Positions 27,338 through 38,502 of a DNA stretch of 64,000 nt are shown in pieces (positions within the stretch are counted from its first letter, which is position 1; every line of letters starts with the position of its first letter). The stretch spans positions 14,500-78,499 of the forward strand of contig NZ_JAHBZK010000016.1 of NCBI RefSeq assembly GCF_019635465.1. Reading direction: 5' to 3'. Position numbers and translations under genes: made by a program. A model generated the notes under the pieces. The model was not told the DNA's origin. It saw only the letters and a program-made list of their open reading frames with translations, and made no database searches. This DNA comes from Hydrogenophaga sp. Its GTDB lineage: Bacteria > Pseudomonadota > Gammaproteobacteria > Burkholderiales > Burkholderiaceae_C.

Positions 27338-28573
27338 TCAAGGCGGCCCGAAGACCCTTGCTTCCAGCCCCATGGCCTTCACGCGGGCAGCGGCCTCGAC
27401 GGCCTGCGCGTGGCTATCGAACGGACCGACGCGCACCCGCGTGAGCGGCCCGCGCGACGACTCCAGCGGGTCGGTCACCACCGGCAGGCCGGCAGCGCGC
27501 AGGCGCTCGGCCGCGCGCTGCGCATTGGCCGGATCGGCAAAGATGCCCACCGCCACGCCGTGACCGTCGAAGCGGTGGCGCGGCGCGTCGGTGGCGGCAG
27601 GTGCAGCCGGCGGGCTGGCTGGTGCCATGGCGGCCGCAGGCGCTGCGGGTGTGGCGGCGGCCATGGTCTCGGGGGCTTTGGGCGCCAGGATGGGGGGCGG
27701 GCTGGGCGCCTCTGCCATGGGCGGTGGGGTAACTGCCTTGGGCGCCTCGCCCGGCGCGCGTTTCGGCTCGACTGCGGTGGCTGCTGCCGCTTCCACCGGT
27801 AAAGCCTTGGGCGATGGTTCGGCAGCGGGCTCGGCCACCGGCGCTGCGACGGGGGCTGCGTCGGGCACAGGGGGCGCGGCTTCAGCGGCAGGTGATGACG
27901 GGGTCGCTGCGGGGGCGCTCGGCGTTGCGGCGCCTTCCTTCGGCGACCCGGGCCCAGGCGCCGACTCGCTCAACACGGGCTCGGGCGTGGCCACCGCCAC
28001 CGGCACCGATCCGCGCAAGGTGTGCCAGGCGCCCCAGGCCAGGGCCAGCTCGAGCGCCAGCACCAACCACCAGGCCCGGCGCGACAGCGTCGGCGCCGCC
28101 AGCAGGTTGCAGGCCTCCTGCACGGTGCGCGCGCGCCGCACCGCCACCGTCATGCGCCGGCGCGTGTCGGCGTGCAGCCAGGCATCGCCCCACCAACCGG
28201 GGGCCACCACGGCCACCACGGCGATGGCGCTGAGCAAGCCCCAGCGCACACCCGCCGGCCAGGGGCCGAACTGTTCGTGCAGCCACCACCACGTCACCAG
28301 GGCCACCATCACCAGCACAGCGTGCCAGATGGCCTGGCGCCACAGCCGCCGGTACAGCAGCCAGTGCCAGCCCAGCCAGCCAGCGGCGTGGTTCCAGTGC
28401 GGGCGCGCCATGCCGAGTTCATCGAACCGCGCGAAGGCCGGCAGGTAGTGCGCCAGGCGCCCCGGCCCCAGCGCTGCGCGGTACAAGGCCTCGGTCGCGC
28501 TGGCCGCCGCCGCCATGGCCGGCGCCGGTGCGGTGGCGTCGGGCAGGACGGAGGGTGCGCTGGTCTCGGCCAT
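27338..28573 (-). CDS. SPOR-domain membrane protein with Pro/Ala-rich linker
   Basis: N-terminal DUF2628-like transmembrane region (WNHAA..WLLYRRLW), low-complexity linker, C-terminal VGIFADPANA..TRVRVGPF. Confidence 0.82.
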   Translation of the reverse strand: MAETSAPSVLPDATAPAPAMAAAASATEALYRAALGPGRLAHYLPAFARFDELGMARPHWNHAAGWLGWHWLLYRRLWRQAIWHAVLVMVALVTWWWLHEQFGPWPAGVRWGLLSAIAVVAVVAPGWWGDAWLHADTRRRMTVAVRRARTVQEACNLLAAPTLSRRAWWLVLALELALAWGAWHTLRGSVPVAVATPEPVLSESAPGPGSPKEGAATPSAPAATPSSPAAEAAPPVPDAAPVAAPVAEPAAEPSPKALPVEAAAATAVEPKRAPGEAPKAVTPPPMAEAPSPPPILAPKAPETMAAATPAAPAAAMAPASPPAAPAATDAPRHRFDGHGVAVGIFADPANAQRAAERLRAAGLPVVTDPLESSRGPLTRVRVGPFDSHAQAVEAAARVKAMGLEARVFGPP

Positions 28574-28584
28574 GGTGGGCAGTG

Positions 28585-29643
<1,059 letters not shown>

Positions 29644-29649
29644 GCGTTG

Positions 29650-29725
29650 CTCCGCCGGGCCGCCCCAAGGCGCAACCGCCCCCCCGGGGGGCAGCGCAGT
29701 ACACGAAGTGACAAGCGTGGGGGTT
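29650..29725. repeat. REP-like palindromic intergenic element between ruvA and ruvB
   Basis: GGGCCGCCCCAAGG..GCCCCCCCGGGGGGCAGCG..AAGCGTGGGGG with internal palindrome GCCCCCC/GGGGGGC; resembles a dispersed Burkholderiales repeat (recalled, single copy here). Confidence 0.5.
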
Positions 29726-30301
29726 TCATTTCGCCAGCGCCTTGAGTGCCAGCTTGATGCCCTCGGTCACACCGACGTCGGCCGGCAGGGCCTTGAGCGC
29801 AGCAGCGGCGTCCTTTTCGCTGTAGCCCAGCGCCATCAGCGCCTGCTGGATGTCGCTTTGGGCGTCGCTGCGGGTGGCGCCGGCGGGCAGACCAAGGTCG
29901 ACGCCCAGCTTGCCCTTGAGCTCCAGCAGCAGCCGCTCGGCCGTCTTCTTGCCGATGCCGGGCACCTTGACGATGCGCCCGGTCTCCTGGGTGCTGACGG
30001 CCTGCGCGAGGTCGCTCACCGACAGGCCCGAGAGCACCGACAGCGCGGTGCGCGGGCCCACGCCGCTGATCTTGATGAGCTGGCGAAAGGCGTCGCGCTC
30101 GCCCGCGCTGGCAAAGCCGTAGAGGATCTGCGCGTCCTCGCGCACGACGAAGTGGGTGAGCAGCGACACCTTCTCGCCGCTGGCGGGCAGCAGGTAGAAG
30201 GTGCTCATGGGCACGTCCACCTCGTAGCCCACGCCGTGGCAGTCCAGCAGGATCTGGGGCGGGTTCTTCTCCAGCAACGTGCCGGTCAACTTGCCTATCA
30301 T
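29726..30301 (-). CDS. ruvA: Holliday junction DNA-binding protein RuvA
   Basis: [55 protein letters not shown]. Confidence 0.97.
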   Translation of the reverse strand: MIGKLTGTLLEKNPPQILLDCHGVGYEVDVPMSTFYLLPASGEKVSLLTHFVVREDAQILYGFASAGERDAFRQLIKISGVGPRTALSVLSGLSVSDLAQAVSTQETGRIVKVPGIGKKTAERLLLELKGKLGVDLGLPAGATRSDAQSDIQQALMALGYSEKDAAAALKALPADVGVTEGIKLALKALAK

Positions 30302-30353
30302 TCGTGTCCTCTTGGCGCCTGGGGTGAGCAGACACCCCGAAGGAATTATCGGC

Positions 30354-31337
30354 TTGATTCTCAGACACACCTTCAGCCCCCCGGACAACACCCGCATGGC
30401 CCACCTGTGCGGCCCGCTGGACGCGCACATCCGCAGCATCGAAGCCGCGCTGCAGGTGAAGGTGGCGCACCGCTTCGAGCAGTTCCGGGTGGAAGGCCCC
30501 AAGGCCAAGGCGCAGCGCGCCATGGAAGTGCTTCAGGCGCTGTACGAAATGGCGCGCGGCCCGATACCGCCCGAGCAGGTGCAGCTCATGCTCAGCGGCG
30601 ACACAGCACTGGCCGAAAGTGGCGACGGTGCGCCGGCCATGCAGACACGCCGTGGCGAGGTGCGCGGGCGTACGCCCAATCAGGCCCGCTACCTGGAGAA
30701 CATGTCGCTGCACGACATCACCTTCGGCATCGGCCCGGCCGGCACCGGCAAGACCTACCTGGCCGTGGCCTGTGCGGTGGACGCGCTGGAGCGCAGCGCG
30801 GTGCAACGCATCGTGCTCACGCGTCCGGCGGTGGAAGCGGGCGAGAAGCTCGGCTTTCTGCCCGGCGACCTGGGCCAGAAGGTCGATCCGTACTTGCGCC
30901 CCCTGTACGACGCGCTCTACGACCTGATGGGCTTCGACAAGGTGCAAAAGGCCTTCGAGCGCCAGCAAATCGAGATCGCGCCGCTGGCCTTCATGCGCGG
31001 GCGCACCCTCAACCACGCCTTCGTCATCCTCGACGAGGCGCAGAACACCACGCCCGAGCAGATGAAGATGTTCCTCACCCGCATCGGCTTCGGCAGCAAG
31101 GCCGTGGTCACCGGCGACGTGAGCCAGATTGACCTGCCGCGCACGCAGCTCAGCGGCCTGATCGACGCCGAACGCGTGCTCAAGCGGGTGCAGGGCATCG
31201 GCTTCACCCGCCTGAGCAGCGCCGACGTGGTGCGCCACCCGCTGGTGGCGCGCATCGTCGACGCCTACGAGGCGCGCTCGCCCTCGGCCGAAGACGGTGC
31301 CGCACCCGCGCGCCGCAGCCGGCGCAGCGAGGACTGA
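30354..31337 (+). CDS. phoH: PhoH-like ATPase (YbeZ)
   Basis: [43 protein letters not shown]; TTG start inferred. Confidence 0.93.
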   Translation: MILRHTFSPPDNTRMAHLCGPLDAHIRSIEAALQVKVAHRFEQFRVEGPKAKAQRAMEVLQALYEMARGPIPPEQVQLMLSGDTALAESGDGAPAMQTRRGEVRGRTPNQARYLENMSLHDITFGIGPAGTGKTYLAVACAVDALERSAVQRIVLTRPAVEAGEKLGFLPGDLGQKVDPYLRPLYDALYDLMGFDKVQKAFERQQIEIAPLAFMRGRTLNHAFVILDEAQNTTPEQMKMFLTRIGFGSKAVVTGDVSQIDLPRTQLSGLIDAERVLKRVQGIGFTRLSSADVVRHPLVARIVDAYEARSPSAEDGAAPARRSRRSED

Positions 31338-31347
31338 AGGAGACGCC

Positions 31348-31803
31348 ATGGCCCTGCCCGACCTGAGCCTGTCCCTGCAATTCGCCCGCTTCGACGGCGT
31401 GTCCGAGCACCGCGCAGCGCTGCCGCGTGCCTTCGTCGTGCGCTGTTTGCGCCATGCGCTGGCGCGCGACGCCGAACTCACGGTGCGCATCGTCGATGCC
31501 GACGAGGGCCGAACGCTGAACCGCGACTACCGCGAGAAGGACTACGCCACCAACGTGCTCACCTTCGACTACGCGATTGAACCCATGGTGATGGCCGACC
31601 TGGTGTTGTGCGCCCCGGTAATCGCCGCTGAGGCAAAGCAACTGAAGAAACCGCTGGCGGCGCACTACGCCCACCTGCTGGTGCACGGCGCGCTGCACGC
31701 GCAGGGCTGGGACCACGAAACCAGCGAGGCCGACGCCGAGGCCATGGAGGCGCGTGAGGTGCAGATCCTCGCCGGCCTGGGTCAGCCCAACCCCTACACC
31801 TGA
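31348..31803 (+). CDS. ybeY: rRNA maturation endoribonuclease YbeY
   Basis: [32 protein letters not shown]. Confidence 0.96.
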   Translation: MALPDLSLSLQFARFDGVSEHRAALPRAFVVRCLRHALARDAELTVRIVDADEGRTLNRDYREKDYATNVLTFDYAIEPMVMADLVLCAPVIAAEAKQLKKPLAAHYAHLLVHGALHAQGWDHETSEADAEAMEAREVQILAGLGQPNPYT

Positions 31804-31920
31804 TCGGCACTCTGCGGCCGCAAAGCCGGGTGATTCGGTGGGCGAAAGGGTCTGGTCACTTACCCGTAGGGGGTATCGGCTTTTAGGATGGTCGCTCCTC
31901 AACCCCCGCAAGGAGCACCC

Positions 31921-32250
31921 ATGGCCGGCTGGTACGAACTCTCCAAGAACGACAAAGGGCAGTTTCGCTTCGTGCTCAAGGCCGGCAACGGCCAGGTGAT
32001 CCTGACCAGCGAGCAGTACGAGGCCAAACCCTCGGCGCAGAACGGCATCGCCTCGGTACAGAAGAACGCCCCGATGGACGAGCGCTACGAGCTCAAGACC
32101 GCCAGCGATGGACGCCCGTTCTTCAACCTCAAGGCGTCCAACGGGCAGGTGATCGGTACCAGCCAGATGTACTCGTCAGAGGCCGCGCGTCAGACCGGCA
32201 TCGACTCGGTCAAGGCCAACGGGCCGAGCACCGAGGTGCGCGAGGTCTGA
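31921..32250 (+). CDS. yegP: YegP/DUF1508 family protein
   Basis: Two repeats F.LKA.NGQVI.TS..Y....GI.SV..N; AGGAG RBS. Confidence 0.9.
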   Translation: MAGWYELSKNDKGQFRFVLKAGNGQVILTSEQYEAKPSAQNGIASVQKNAPMDERYELKTASDGRPFFNLKASNGQVIGTSQMYSSEAARQTGIDSVKANGPSTEVREV

Positions 32251-32263
32251 ACCCCTCGCGGTC

Positions 32264-32707
32264 TCAGGCGCTCATGCGCATCGGGATGGTCACCGGCCCG
32301 TCGTTGACCAGGTGCACCTGCATGTCGGCGCCGAAGCGGCCGGTGGCCACGGCGGCATGGGCGGCGCGCGCCTGGGCCACGAAAGCATCGTAGAGCGCCT
32401 CGCCCAACGCGGGCGGCGCGGCGTTGGTGAAGCCGGGGCGGTTGCCGCCCGAGGTGTCGGCCGCGAGCGTGAACTGGCTGACGATCAACAGCCCGCCACC
32501 CACGTCCTGCACGCTGCGGTTCATCTTGCCGGCGTCGTCGGCAAAGATGCGCAGCTTGAGGATCTTGTTCAGCAGCTTCTGGCCCACGGCCTCGGTGTCG
32601 GTGGGCTCGGCGCACACCAGCACCAGCAGACCCGGGCCGATGGCGCCGACGGTCTGCCCGGCGATGTCCACGCGCGCCTCTCGCACGCGCTGCAGCAGGG
32701 CAATCAC
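32264..32707 (-). CDS. dtd: D-aminoacyl-tRNA deacylase
   Basis: [35 protein letters not shown]; GTG start. Confidence 0.96.
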   Translation of the reverse strand: MIALLQRVREARVDIAGQTVGAIGPGLLVLVCAEPTDTEAVGQKLLNKILKLRIFADDAGKMNRSVQDVGGGLLIVSQFTLAADTSGGNRPGFTNAAPPALGEALYDAFVAQARAAHAAVATGRFGADMQVHLVNDGPVTIPMRMSA

Positions 32708-33630
32708 TTCAGGTCCCTCTCGTCGTCGAAGTGCGCTTCCACGTCGGTGGGCAGCAACTGGATGGTGGCGCGCAGCCCGGGCACCGCGCTCATCAGTGCC
32801 TGCTCGACGCTGGTGCGCAGGGCGGCGGCGCGTCCCAGGGTCCAGCCGGCCGGCATGTGCATGTGCAGGTCGACGAAGCGCCGCGCACCAGCCTTGCGGC
32901 TGTTGATGTGATCGAAGCGGATGATGTCGGTGGTGCCGCGGCTGTAGGCAAAGTCGGCCAGCGTGGCTTCGATGGTCTGCTGCAGGTCGGGGTCGAGGGC
33001 TTCGTCCATCAGCCCACGCGAGGCGTCGCGCATCAGGTGAACCCCTTCGCGCAGGATGTTCAGCGCCACCAGCATGGCCAGCACCGGGTCGAGCCAGAGC
33101 CAGCCCGTCACACCAACGAGCGCGATGCCCGCGACCACGCCGACCGAGGTCCAGACGTCGGTGAACAGGTGGCGGGCATCGCCCTCGAGCGCGGCCGATC
33201 GATGGACCCGCGAGGCCCGCAGCATCACCCAGGCCAGGCCGCCGTTGAGCGCCGAACTGATCACCGACAGCCACAGGCCCAGCCCGACCTGTTCGATCGG
33301 CTGCGGCGCCATCAACCGCCCGATGGCGGCCCAGACGATGCCGCCGGCCGCCGCGATGATGAGCACGCCCTCAAATCCCGAGGAGAAGTACTCGGCCTTG
33401 TGGTGGCCGTAGGGGTGCTCGTCGTCGGCCGGCCGCGCGGCGATGGTGACCATCAGCAGCCCGAAGGTGGCGCCGGCCAGGTTCACCAGCGATTCCAGCG
33501 CGTCGGAGAGCAGGCCGACCGAATCGGTAACCCACCAGGCACCGGTCTTGAGGGCAATGGTGACCAGCGCCACGGCCACCGAGGCCTGGAGCAACCGGTT
33601 GGGTGGAAGGCGTTCAAGTGCGGCAATCAT
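32704..33630 (-). CDS. Cation diffusion facilitator (FieF-like) transporter
   Basis: [39 protein letters not shown]. Confidence 0.92.
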   Translation of the reverse strand: MIAALERLPPNRLLQASVAVALVTIALKTGAWWVTDSVGLLSDALESLVNLAGATFGLLMVTIAARPADDEHPYGHHKAEYFSSGFEGVLIIAAAGGIVWAAIGRLMAPQPIEQVGLGLWLSVISSALNGGLAWVMLRASRVHRSAALEGDARHLFTDVWTSVGVVAGIALVGVTGWLWLDPVLAMLVALNILREGVHLMRDASRGLMDEALDPDLQQTIEATLADFAYSRGTTDIIRFDHINSRKAGARRFVDLHMHMPAGWTLGRAAALRTSVEQALMSAVPGLRATIQLLPTDVEAHFDDERDLK

Positions 33631-33661
33631 GAGCGCATTGTCGCGTGCCAGAATGCCCCGC

Positions 33662-35116
33662 ATGCGAGGCACATGGTGGTCGAGGCTGGGCTGGGTGGCG
33701 GCGGGCCTGGGCCTGGCGCTGGTGGGCAGCGCCCTGATCGCGCAACGCGACCTGCAAGCCCGACGCGCCGCCTTCGAAACCGACGCCCGCATTGCGCACC
33801 GATTGCTGAGCCAGCAGGCGGTGCAACACGATGCAGTGCTGGCGACCTTGCGGCTGCTGGCGCCCACGCGCAACGACGCACTGCCCAGGCTGAGCGCGAT
33901 CCACCCCCGGGTGCAGAAGGTGCTGGCGCGCGCGGCCGGCGAAACCTGGCCCGACGCAACGCTGAGTCGAGCGGAGGAAGCGTCTCGTGCTGTGGGTCAT
34001 GCCGTCATGGCGGACGACCGGATCGCCGATGGGCACTACACCCTGGTGCAGGCCGCAGGCGAGAGCGCGTATGCACTGGAGATTGCCCTGGATGGCCTGG
34101 TGCCCGACGCCGACTGGCCCATGGACCGCACCAACAGCCCGGTGCGCGTCGCGCTCGCGCTGGATAAGCAGATCTTCCCGGTGCAAGCCGGCAGGCCATT
34201 GACCCAGGGTTGGCACTTCGACTTCGACAAGGTCGTCGCCGCTGAAAGCCAGCCCATGCACGTCGTGGCCACGCGCTGGGTTGGCTGGGGCGAACTGCCC
34301 TGGACGGCCATGGCGGGGTGGACCGTCGCAGTGGTGGCGGCTCTGTGGGCCCTTCGGCAGGGGCTGCGCCAGCGAGAAGCGCGCCAGCGGGCCGAGGCCC
34401 TGCTGCGTCTGGGCCAACTGGGTCGCCTCAACGCCATGGGCGAGTTCGCGGCCGGTCTGGCGCACGAGCTGAACCAGCCACTGACGGCGGTACTGGCCAA
34501 CACCCAGGCCGCGCAGCGGATGCTCAAGGACGATCCACCGGCAATCGCCACCGCGCAGGACGCCATGGGCGCGGCAGCGGCCCAGGCGCGCCGCGCCGCC
34601 GATGTGCTGGGACGCCTTCGACGTGGGCTTGAGCAGGACGCCAGCACAAACCTCCAACGTCCGTTGGCGCTGGGACCTTGCGTGCGCGACGCGCTGCATT
34701 TGATGCATCCCGACATCGAGCAGCTGGGCGTAACGGTGCGCTGGCTGCGCGACGAGCCCGTCACGGTGATGGCCGATCCAGTTGCCCTCGATCAAATCGT
34801 GCACAACCTGCTGAGCAACGCCTTGCAGGCACTGGCCCGGCAGACACACAGACCGCGGGCGCTGCGCCTGTCCATCCAGCGCGACGGCAGCAGCGCCGTG
34901 CTGCAGGTGGAAGACACCGGCCCGGGCCTGTCGCCCACCGAGCGAGAGCGGGTGTTCGAGCCATTCTTCACCACCCGCGAGGGCGGGCTGGGCTTGGGTC
35001 TGACGCTGAGCGAATCGCTTGCCCGGGCCCAGGGTGGCGAGCTGAGCGCAGACCACGCCCCCGACGGCGGCGCCTGTTTTCGCCTGCGTCTGCCGTGCCA
35101 TGGAGACACCGAATGA
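33662..35116 (+). CDS. Membrane sensor histidine kinase (FixL/DctS-like)
   Basis: Two transmembrane segments, GLAHELNQPL, NLLSNA, DTGPG, FEPFFTT, GLGLGL; start uncertain. Confidence 0.9.
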   Translation: MRGTWWSRLGWVAAGLGLALVGSALIAQRDLQARRAAFETDARIAHRLLSQQAVQHDAVLATLRLLAPTRNDALPRLSAIHPRVQKVLARAAGETWPDATLSRAEEASRAVGHAVMADDRIADGHYTLVQAAGESAYALEIALDGLVPDADWPMDRTNSPVRVALALDKQIFPVQAGRPLTQGWHFDFDKVVAAESQPMHVVATRWVGWGELPWTAMAGWTVAVVAALWALRQGLRQREARQRAEALLRLGQLGRLNAMGEFAAGLAHELNQPLTAVLANTQAAQRMLKDDPPAIATAQDAMGAAAAQARRAADVLGRLRRGLEQDASTNLQRPLALGPCVRDALHLMHPDIEQLGVTVRWLRDEPVTVMADPVALDQIVHNLLSNALQALARQTHRPRALRLSIQRDGSSAVLQVEDTGPGLSPTERERVFEPFFTTREGGLGLGLTLSESLARAQGGELSADHAPDGGACFRLRLPCHGDTE

Positions 35117-35745
35117 GCCACGATCACCAATCGCCCACGGTGCACCTGATCGACGACGACGACGCCGTTCGCGAAAGCCTGTCGCTGCTCATCGGTACGG
35201 TCGGTTTGCGCGTGGTGGGCTGGTCGCAGCCGCAGGCCTTCCTGGCCGGGTTCGACCGCGAAGGCATTGGCGCCATCGTGCTGGATGTGCGCATGCCCGG
35301 CACCAGCGGCCTGAGCGTGCTCGATACGCTGGTCGCACAGGGCGTGGACCAGCCGGTGATCATGCTCACCGGCCACGGCACCGTGGACATGTGCCGGCGC
35401 GCCTTCAAGGCCGGTGCGGCCGAGTTCCTGGAAAAGCCGGTCGATGACGAGGCGCTGATCGATGCCTTGCAGCAGGCAGTGCGCCAACACGTGATGCGCC
35501 GCCAGCGCAGCCAGACGGAGAGCCTGGCCCGGGAACGCTGGCAACAGCTGTCGCCGCGCGAGCGCGAGGTGCTGGCGCTGATCGTCGAGGGCTTGAGCAA
35601 CAAGGCCATCGCACGCCAACTGGGTCTGTCGCCGCGCACGGTGGAGACCCATCGCGCGCATGTCTTCGACAAGCTGCAGGTCGATTCGCTGGCGCAACTG
35701 GTGCGCGACTTTGCCGCACTGGTGGCCCAGCGCCCCGCTGCGTAG
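35113..35745 (+). CDS. FixJ-family response regulator
   Basis: LIDDDDAVR, LDVRMPG, LTGHG, FLEKP, LuxR-type HTH LSPRTVETHR. Confidence 0.93.
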   Translation: MSHDHQSPTVHLIDDDDAVRESLSLLIGTVGLRVVGWSQPQAFLAGFDREGIGAIVLDVRMPGTSGLSVLDTLVAQGVDQPVIMLTGHGTVDMCRRAFKAGAAEFLEKPVDDEALIDALQQAVRQHVMRRQRSQTESLARERWQQLSPREREVLALIVEGLSNKAIARQLGLSPRTVETHRAHVFDKLQVDSLAQLVRDFAALVAQRPAA

Positions 35746-35849
35746 TTCTACGCAGGTCGGGGCGTAGCCGCGCGAATGGCGAGCGAACGCCTGGATTTCT
35801 ACAGTGGCGCCACGGTTGATCGAACCGCCCCTCACTGGAGAACAAACCC

Positions 35850-36344
35850 ATGCGTCCCACCCTTGCTACCGCCACTACCCTGGCCTTGATCGGCTCCGTC
35901 ACCCTGGCGCACGCCGAGGCTGTCCGCACTGAGCGCACCCTGACGCTGGAACTGGCCAATCGCCTGGCCGCTGGCGCGGTGGCCGCGTGCAGCGCCAACG
36001 GCCATGCCGTCACCGCCACCGTGGTCGACCGGGCCGGTCAGGTTCGTGCCCAGCAGCGCGCCGACAACGCCGGCCCGCACACGCTGGAAGCCAGCCGGCT
36101 CAAGGCCTACACCTCGGCTTCGGCGCGCAACAACACGCTGGCCATGATGGAGACCGCGCAAAAGAACCCCGGCGCGGCCAACCTGGTGAACATCCCGGGC
36201 TTTCTGCTGCTCGGCGGTGGCGTGCCGGTGCGCGCGGGCAACGAGGTCATTGGCGCCATCGGCGTCGGTGGCGCGCCGGGCGGTCACCTCGACGAGCAAT
36301 GCGCGGTCGCGGCGATCGAGCAAGTCAAGGCGCAACTGCAATGA
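35850..36344 (+). CDS. GlcG/HbpS-family heme-binding protein, secreted
   Basis: Signal peptide, VVDRAG, KAYTS, GGGVPV...IGAIGVGGAPGGHLDEQCA. Confidence 0.9.
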   Translation: MRPTLATATTLALIGSVTLAHAEAVRTERTLTLELANRLAAGAVAACSANGHAVTATVVDRAGQVRAQQRADNAGPHTLEASRLKAYTSASARNNTLAMMETAQKNPGAANLVNIPGFLLLGGGVPVRAGNEVIGAIGVGGAPGGHLDEQCAVAAIEQVKAQLQ

Positions 36345-37024
36345 AGCGGCGCACCCTGCTGCTGCTGGCGGCAACGGCTGCAGTGGCCCATGTGCACGCG
36401 CAGGTGCCCCCCACGGCCAGCGAGGCCGCGGTCTATCAGGGCCTGCACGCGGCGGCCCATCGGGGCGACGTTCCCGCCATCGAGCGCCTGCTGCGGGCAG
36501 GCGCAGCCATCAACGCCACCGACCCTGCCGGGCGCACGCCATTGCACGTGGCCACGTTTGCACGTCGGCCCGCCGCGGTGCAGGCACTGATGAAGGCGGG
36601 CGCTGACCACGCCGCGCTGGAGCAAGGGCGCTACGACGCCGTGACCATCGCATCGGTGGCCGACGACGAAGACTGCCTGCGTGTGCTGCTGTCGAGCGGT
36701 GCCAGCGCCCGGCTGGTCACCAGCCGCTACGACGGCACGGCGCTGATCGCGGCCGCCCACCTCGGACACGACGGCGTGGTGCGCCAGCTGATCGCCGCCG
36801 GCGCGCCGCTGGACCACGTCAACAACCTGCACTGGACGGCGGTGATCGAATCGATCGTGCTGGGCGATGGGGGTGTGCGTCACCAGGCGACCCTGAAGGC
36901 TCTCATCGATGCGGGTGCCAACCTGCAACTGAGCGACCGCAGTGGCCAGACCCCATTGGCACTGGCGCGCAGCCGGGGCTACTCGGCGATGGCGCAGACG
37001 CTCACGCAGGCTGGCGCCCGCTGA
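36341..37024 (+). CDS. Secreted ankyrin-repeat protein
   Basis: Signal peptide; GRTPLHVA, GTALIAAAHLGH, GQTPLALA repeats. Confidence 0.9.
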   Translation: MKRRTLLLLAATAAVAHVHAQVPPTASEAAVYQGLHAAAHRGDVPAIERLLRAGAAINATDPAGRTPLHVATFARRPAAVQALMKAGADHAALEQGRYDAVTIASVADDEDCLRVLLSSGASARLVTSRYDGTALIAAAHLGHDGVVRQLIAAGAPLDHVNNLHWTAVIESIVLGDGGVRHQATLKALIDAGANLQLSDRSGQTPLALARSRGYSAMAQTLTQAGAR

Positions 37025-37033
37025 GCACTGCCC

Positions 37034-38296
37034 TCAAGCCAGCGTGACCCGAGCGAACTTGCGCTTGCCAACCTGCACCACGTAGGTCCCGCCGGCCAGC
37101 TTGAGACCCTTGTCGCTGACCACCGCGCCATCGACACGCACGCCGCCGCCGTCGATGAGGCGGTTGGCTTCGCTGGTGGAGGGCGCCAGGCCGGCCGACT
37201 TGAGCAGTGCGCCGATGCCCAGCGGCGCGCCACCGAGCGAGACCTCGGGGATGTCGTCGGGCACGCCGCCCTTGCTGCGGTTGATGAAGTCCTGCTCGGC
37301 GGCCTCGGCCGCGGCGGGGTTGTGAAAGCGCGCGGTGATCTCCTTGGCCAGCATCACCTTGGCGTCCTTGGGGTTGCGTCCCCCCACCACCTCGGCCTTG
37401 AGCGCCGCAATGTCGTCAAGCGACTTGAACGACAGCAGCGTGTACCAGCGCCACATCAGGTCGTCGGAAATGCTCAGCACCTTGGCGAACATGGTGTTGG
37501 CGTCTTCGGTGATGCCGATGTAGTTGTTCTTGCTCTTGGACATCTTGTCCACGCCATCCAGGCCTTCGAGCAGCGGCATGGTGAGGATGCACTGCGGCTC
37601 CTGGCCGTACTCGGCTTGCAGGTGGCGCCCCATGAGCAGGTTGAACTTCTGGTCGGTGCCACCGAGCTCGAGGTCGCTCTTGAGCGCCACCGAGTCGTAG
37701 CCCTGCATCAACGGGTAGAGGAACTCGTGCACGCTGATCGGCGTGCCGGCGGAAAAGCGCTGGTGGAAGTCGTTGCGCTCCATCATGCGCGCCACGGTGT
37801 ACTTGGCCGCGAGCTGGATCATGCCCATCGAGCCCAGCGGCAGACTCCATTCGCTGTTGTAGCGAATCTCGGTTTTCGCCGGGTCCAGCACCAGGCTGGC
37901 CTGCTTGTAGTAGGTCTCGGCGTTGGCCTTGATCTGCTCGGGCGTGAGCGGCGGACGCGTGCTGTTGCGTCCCGACGGGTCGCCGATCAGGCTGGTGAAG
38001 TCGCCGATGAGGAAGATCACCGTGTGGCCCAGGTCCTGCAACTGGCGCATCTTGTTGAGCACCACGGTGTGGCCGATGTGGATGTCGGGGGCGGTCGGGT
38101 CCAAGCCGAGCTTGATGCGCAGAGGCGTGCCGGTGCGCTCGGCACGTGACAATTTTTGGACCCAGTCGGCCTCGGGTATCAATTCTTCGCACCCCCGCCG
38201 CGTCACCGCCAGTGCGTAGCGCACGCCGTCCGTCAGCGTGTCGGCGCCGCTGGGTTCGCCAGCCGGCAAGACGGGCGAATTTAGGCCGTTCTTCAT
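37034..38296 (-). CDS. tyrS: Tyrosine--tRNA ligase
   Basis: [28 protein letters not shown]-terminal S4 domain. Confidence 0.97.
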   Translation of the reverse strand: MKNGLNSPVLPAGEPSGADTLTDGVRYALAVTRRGCEELIPEADWVQKLSRAERTGTPLRIKLGLDPTAPDIHIGHTVVLNKMRQLQDLGHTVIFLIGDFTSLIGDPSGRNSTRPPLTPEQIKANAETYYKQASLVLDPAKTEIRYNSEWSLPLGSMGMIQLAAKYTVARMMERNDFHQRFSAGTPISVHEFLYPLMQGYDSVALKSDLELGGTDQKFNLLMGRHLQAEYGQEPQCILTMPLLEGLDGVDKMSKSKNNYIGITEDANTMFAKVLSISDDLMWRWYTLLSFKSLDDIAALKAEVVGGRNPKDAKVMLAKEITARFHNPAAAEAAEQDFINRSKGGVPDDIPEVSLGGAPLGIGALLKSAGLAPSTSEANRLIDGGGVRVDGAVVSDKGLKLAGGTYVVQVGKRKFARVTLA

Positions 38297-38502
38297 ACGT
38301 GTTTCTTCCGATGGGAGGGGGTGGGCGCGTCGTTACAATTGCCGCCCGTCGCCGGATTTTAGTTGGCGTGTTTTTTGCACTGTCTGAAACACGCAGTAAA
38401 GACCGGCCAGCCGCGTGAACTCTCACGCAGCCGTCCGCTCACTCCCTGGATGCCGGTGTGTGGCCTTGCTGCCCGCACCGGCCCTTTCATGGATGACCGA
38501 AA

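Noticed and set aside
27580-28000. Repetitive Pro/Ala-rich stretch
   Set aside because: Ordinary low-complexity linker of a SPOR protein, not a DNA repeat array.
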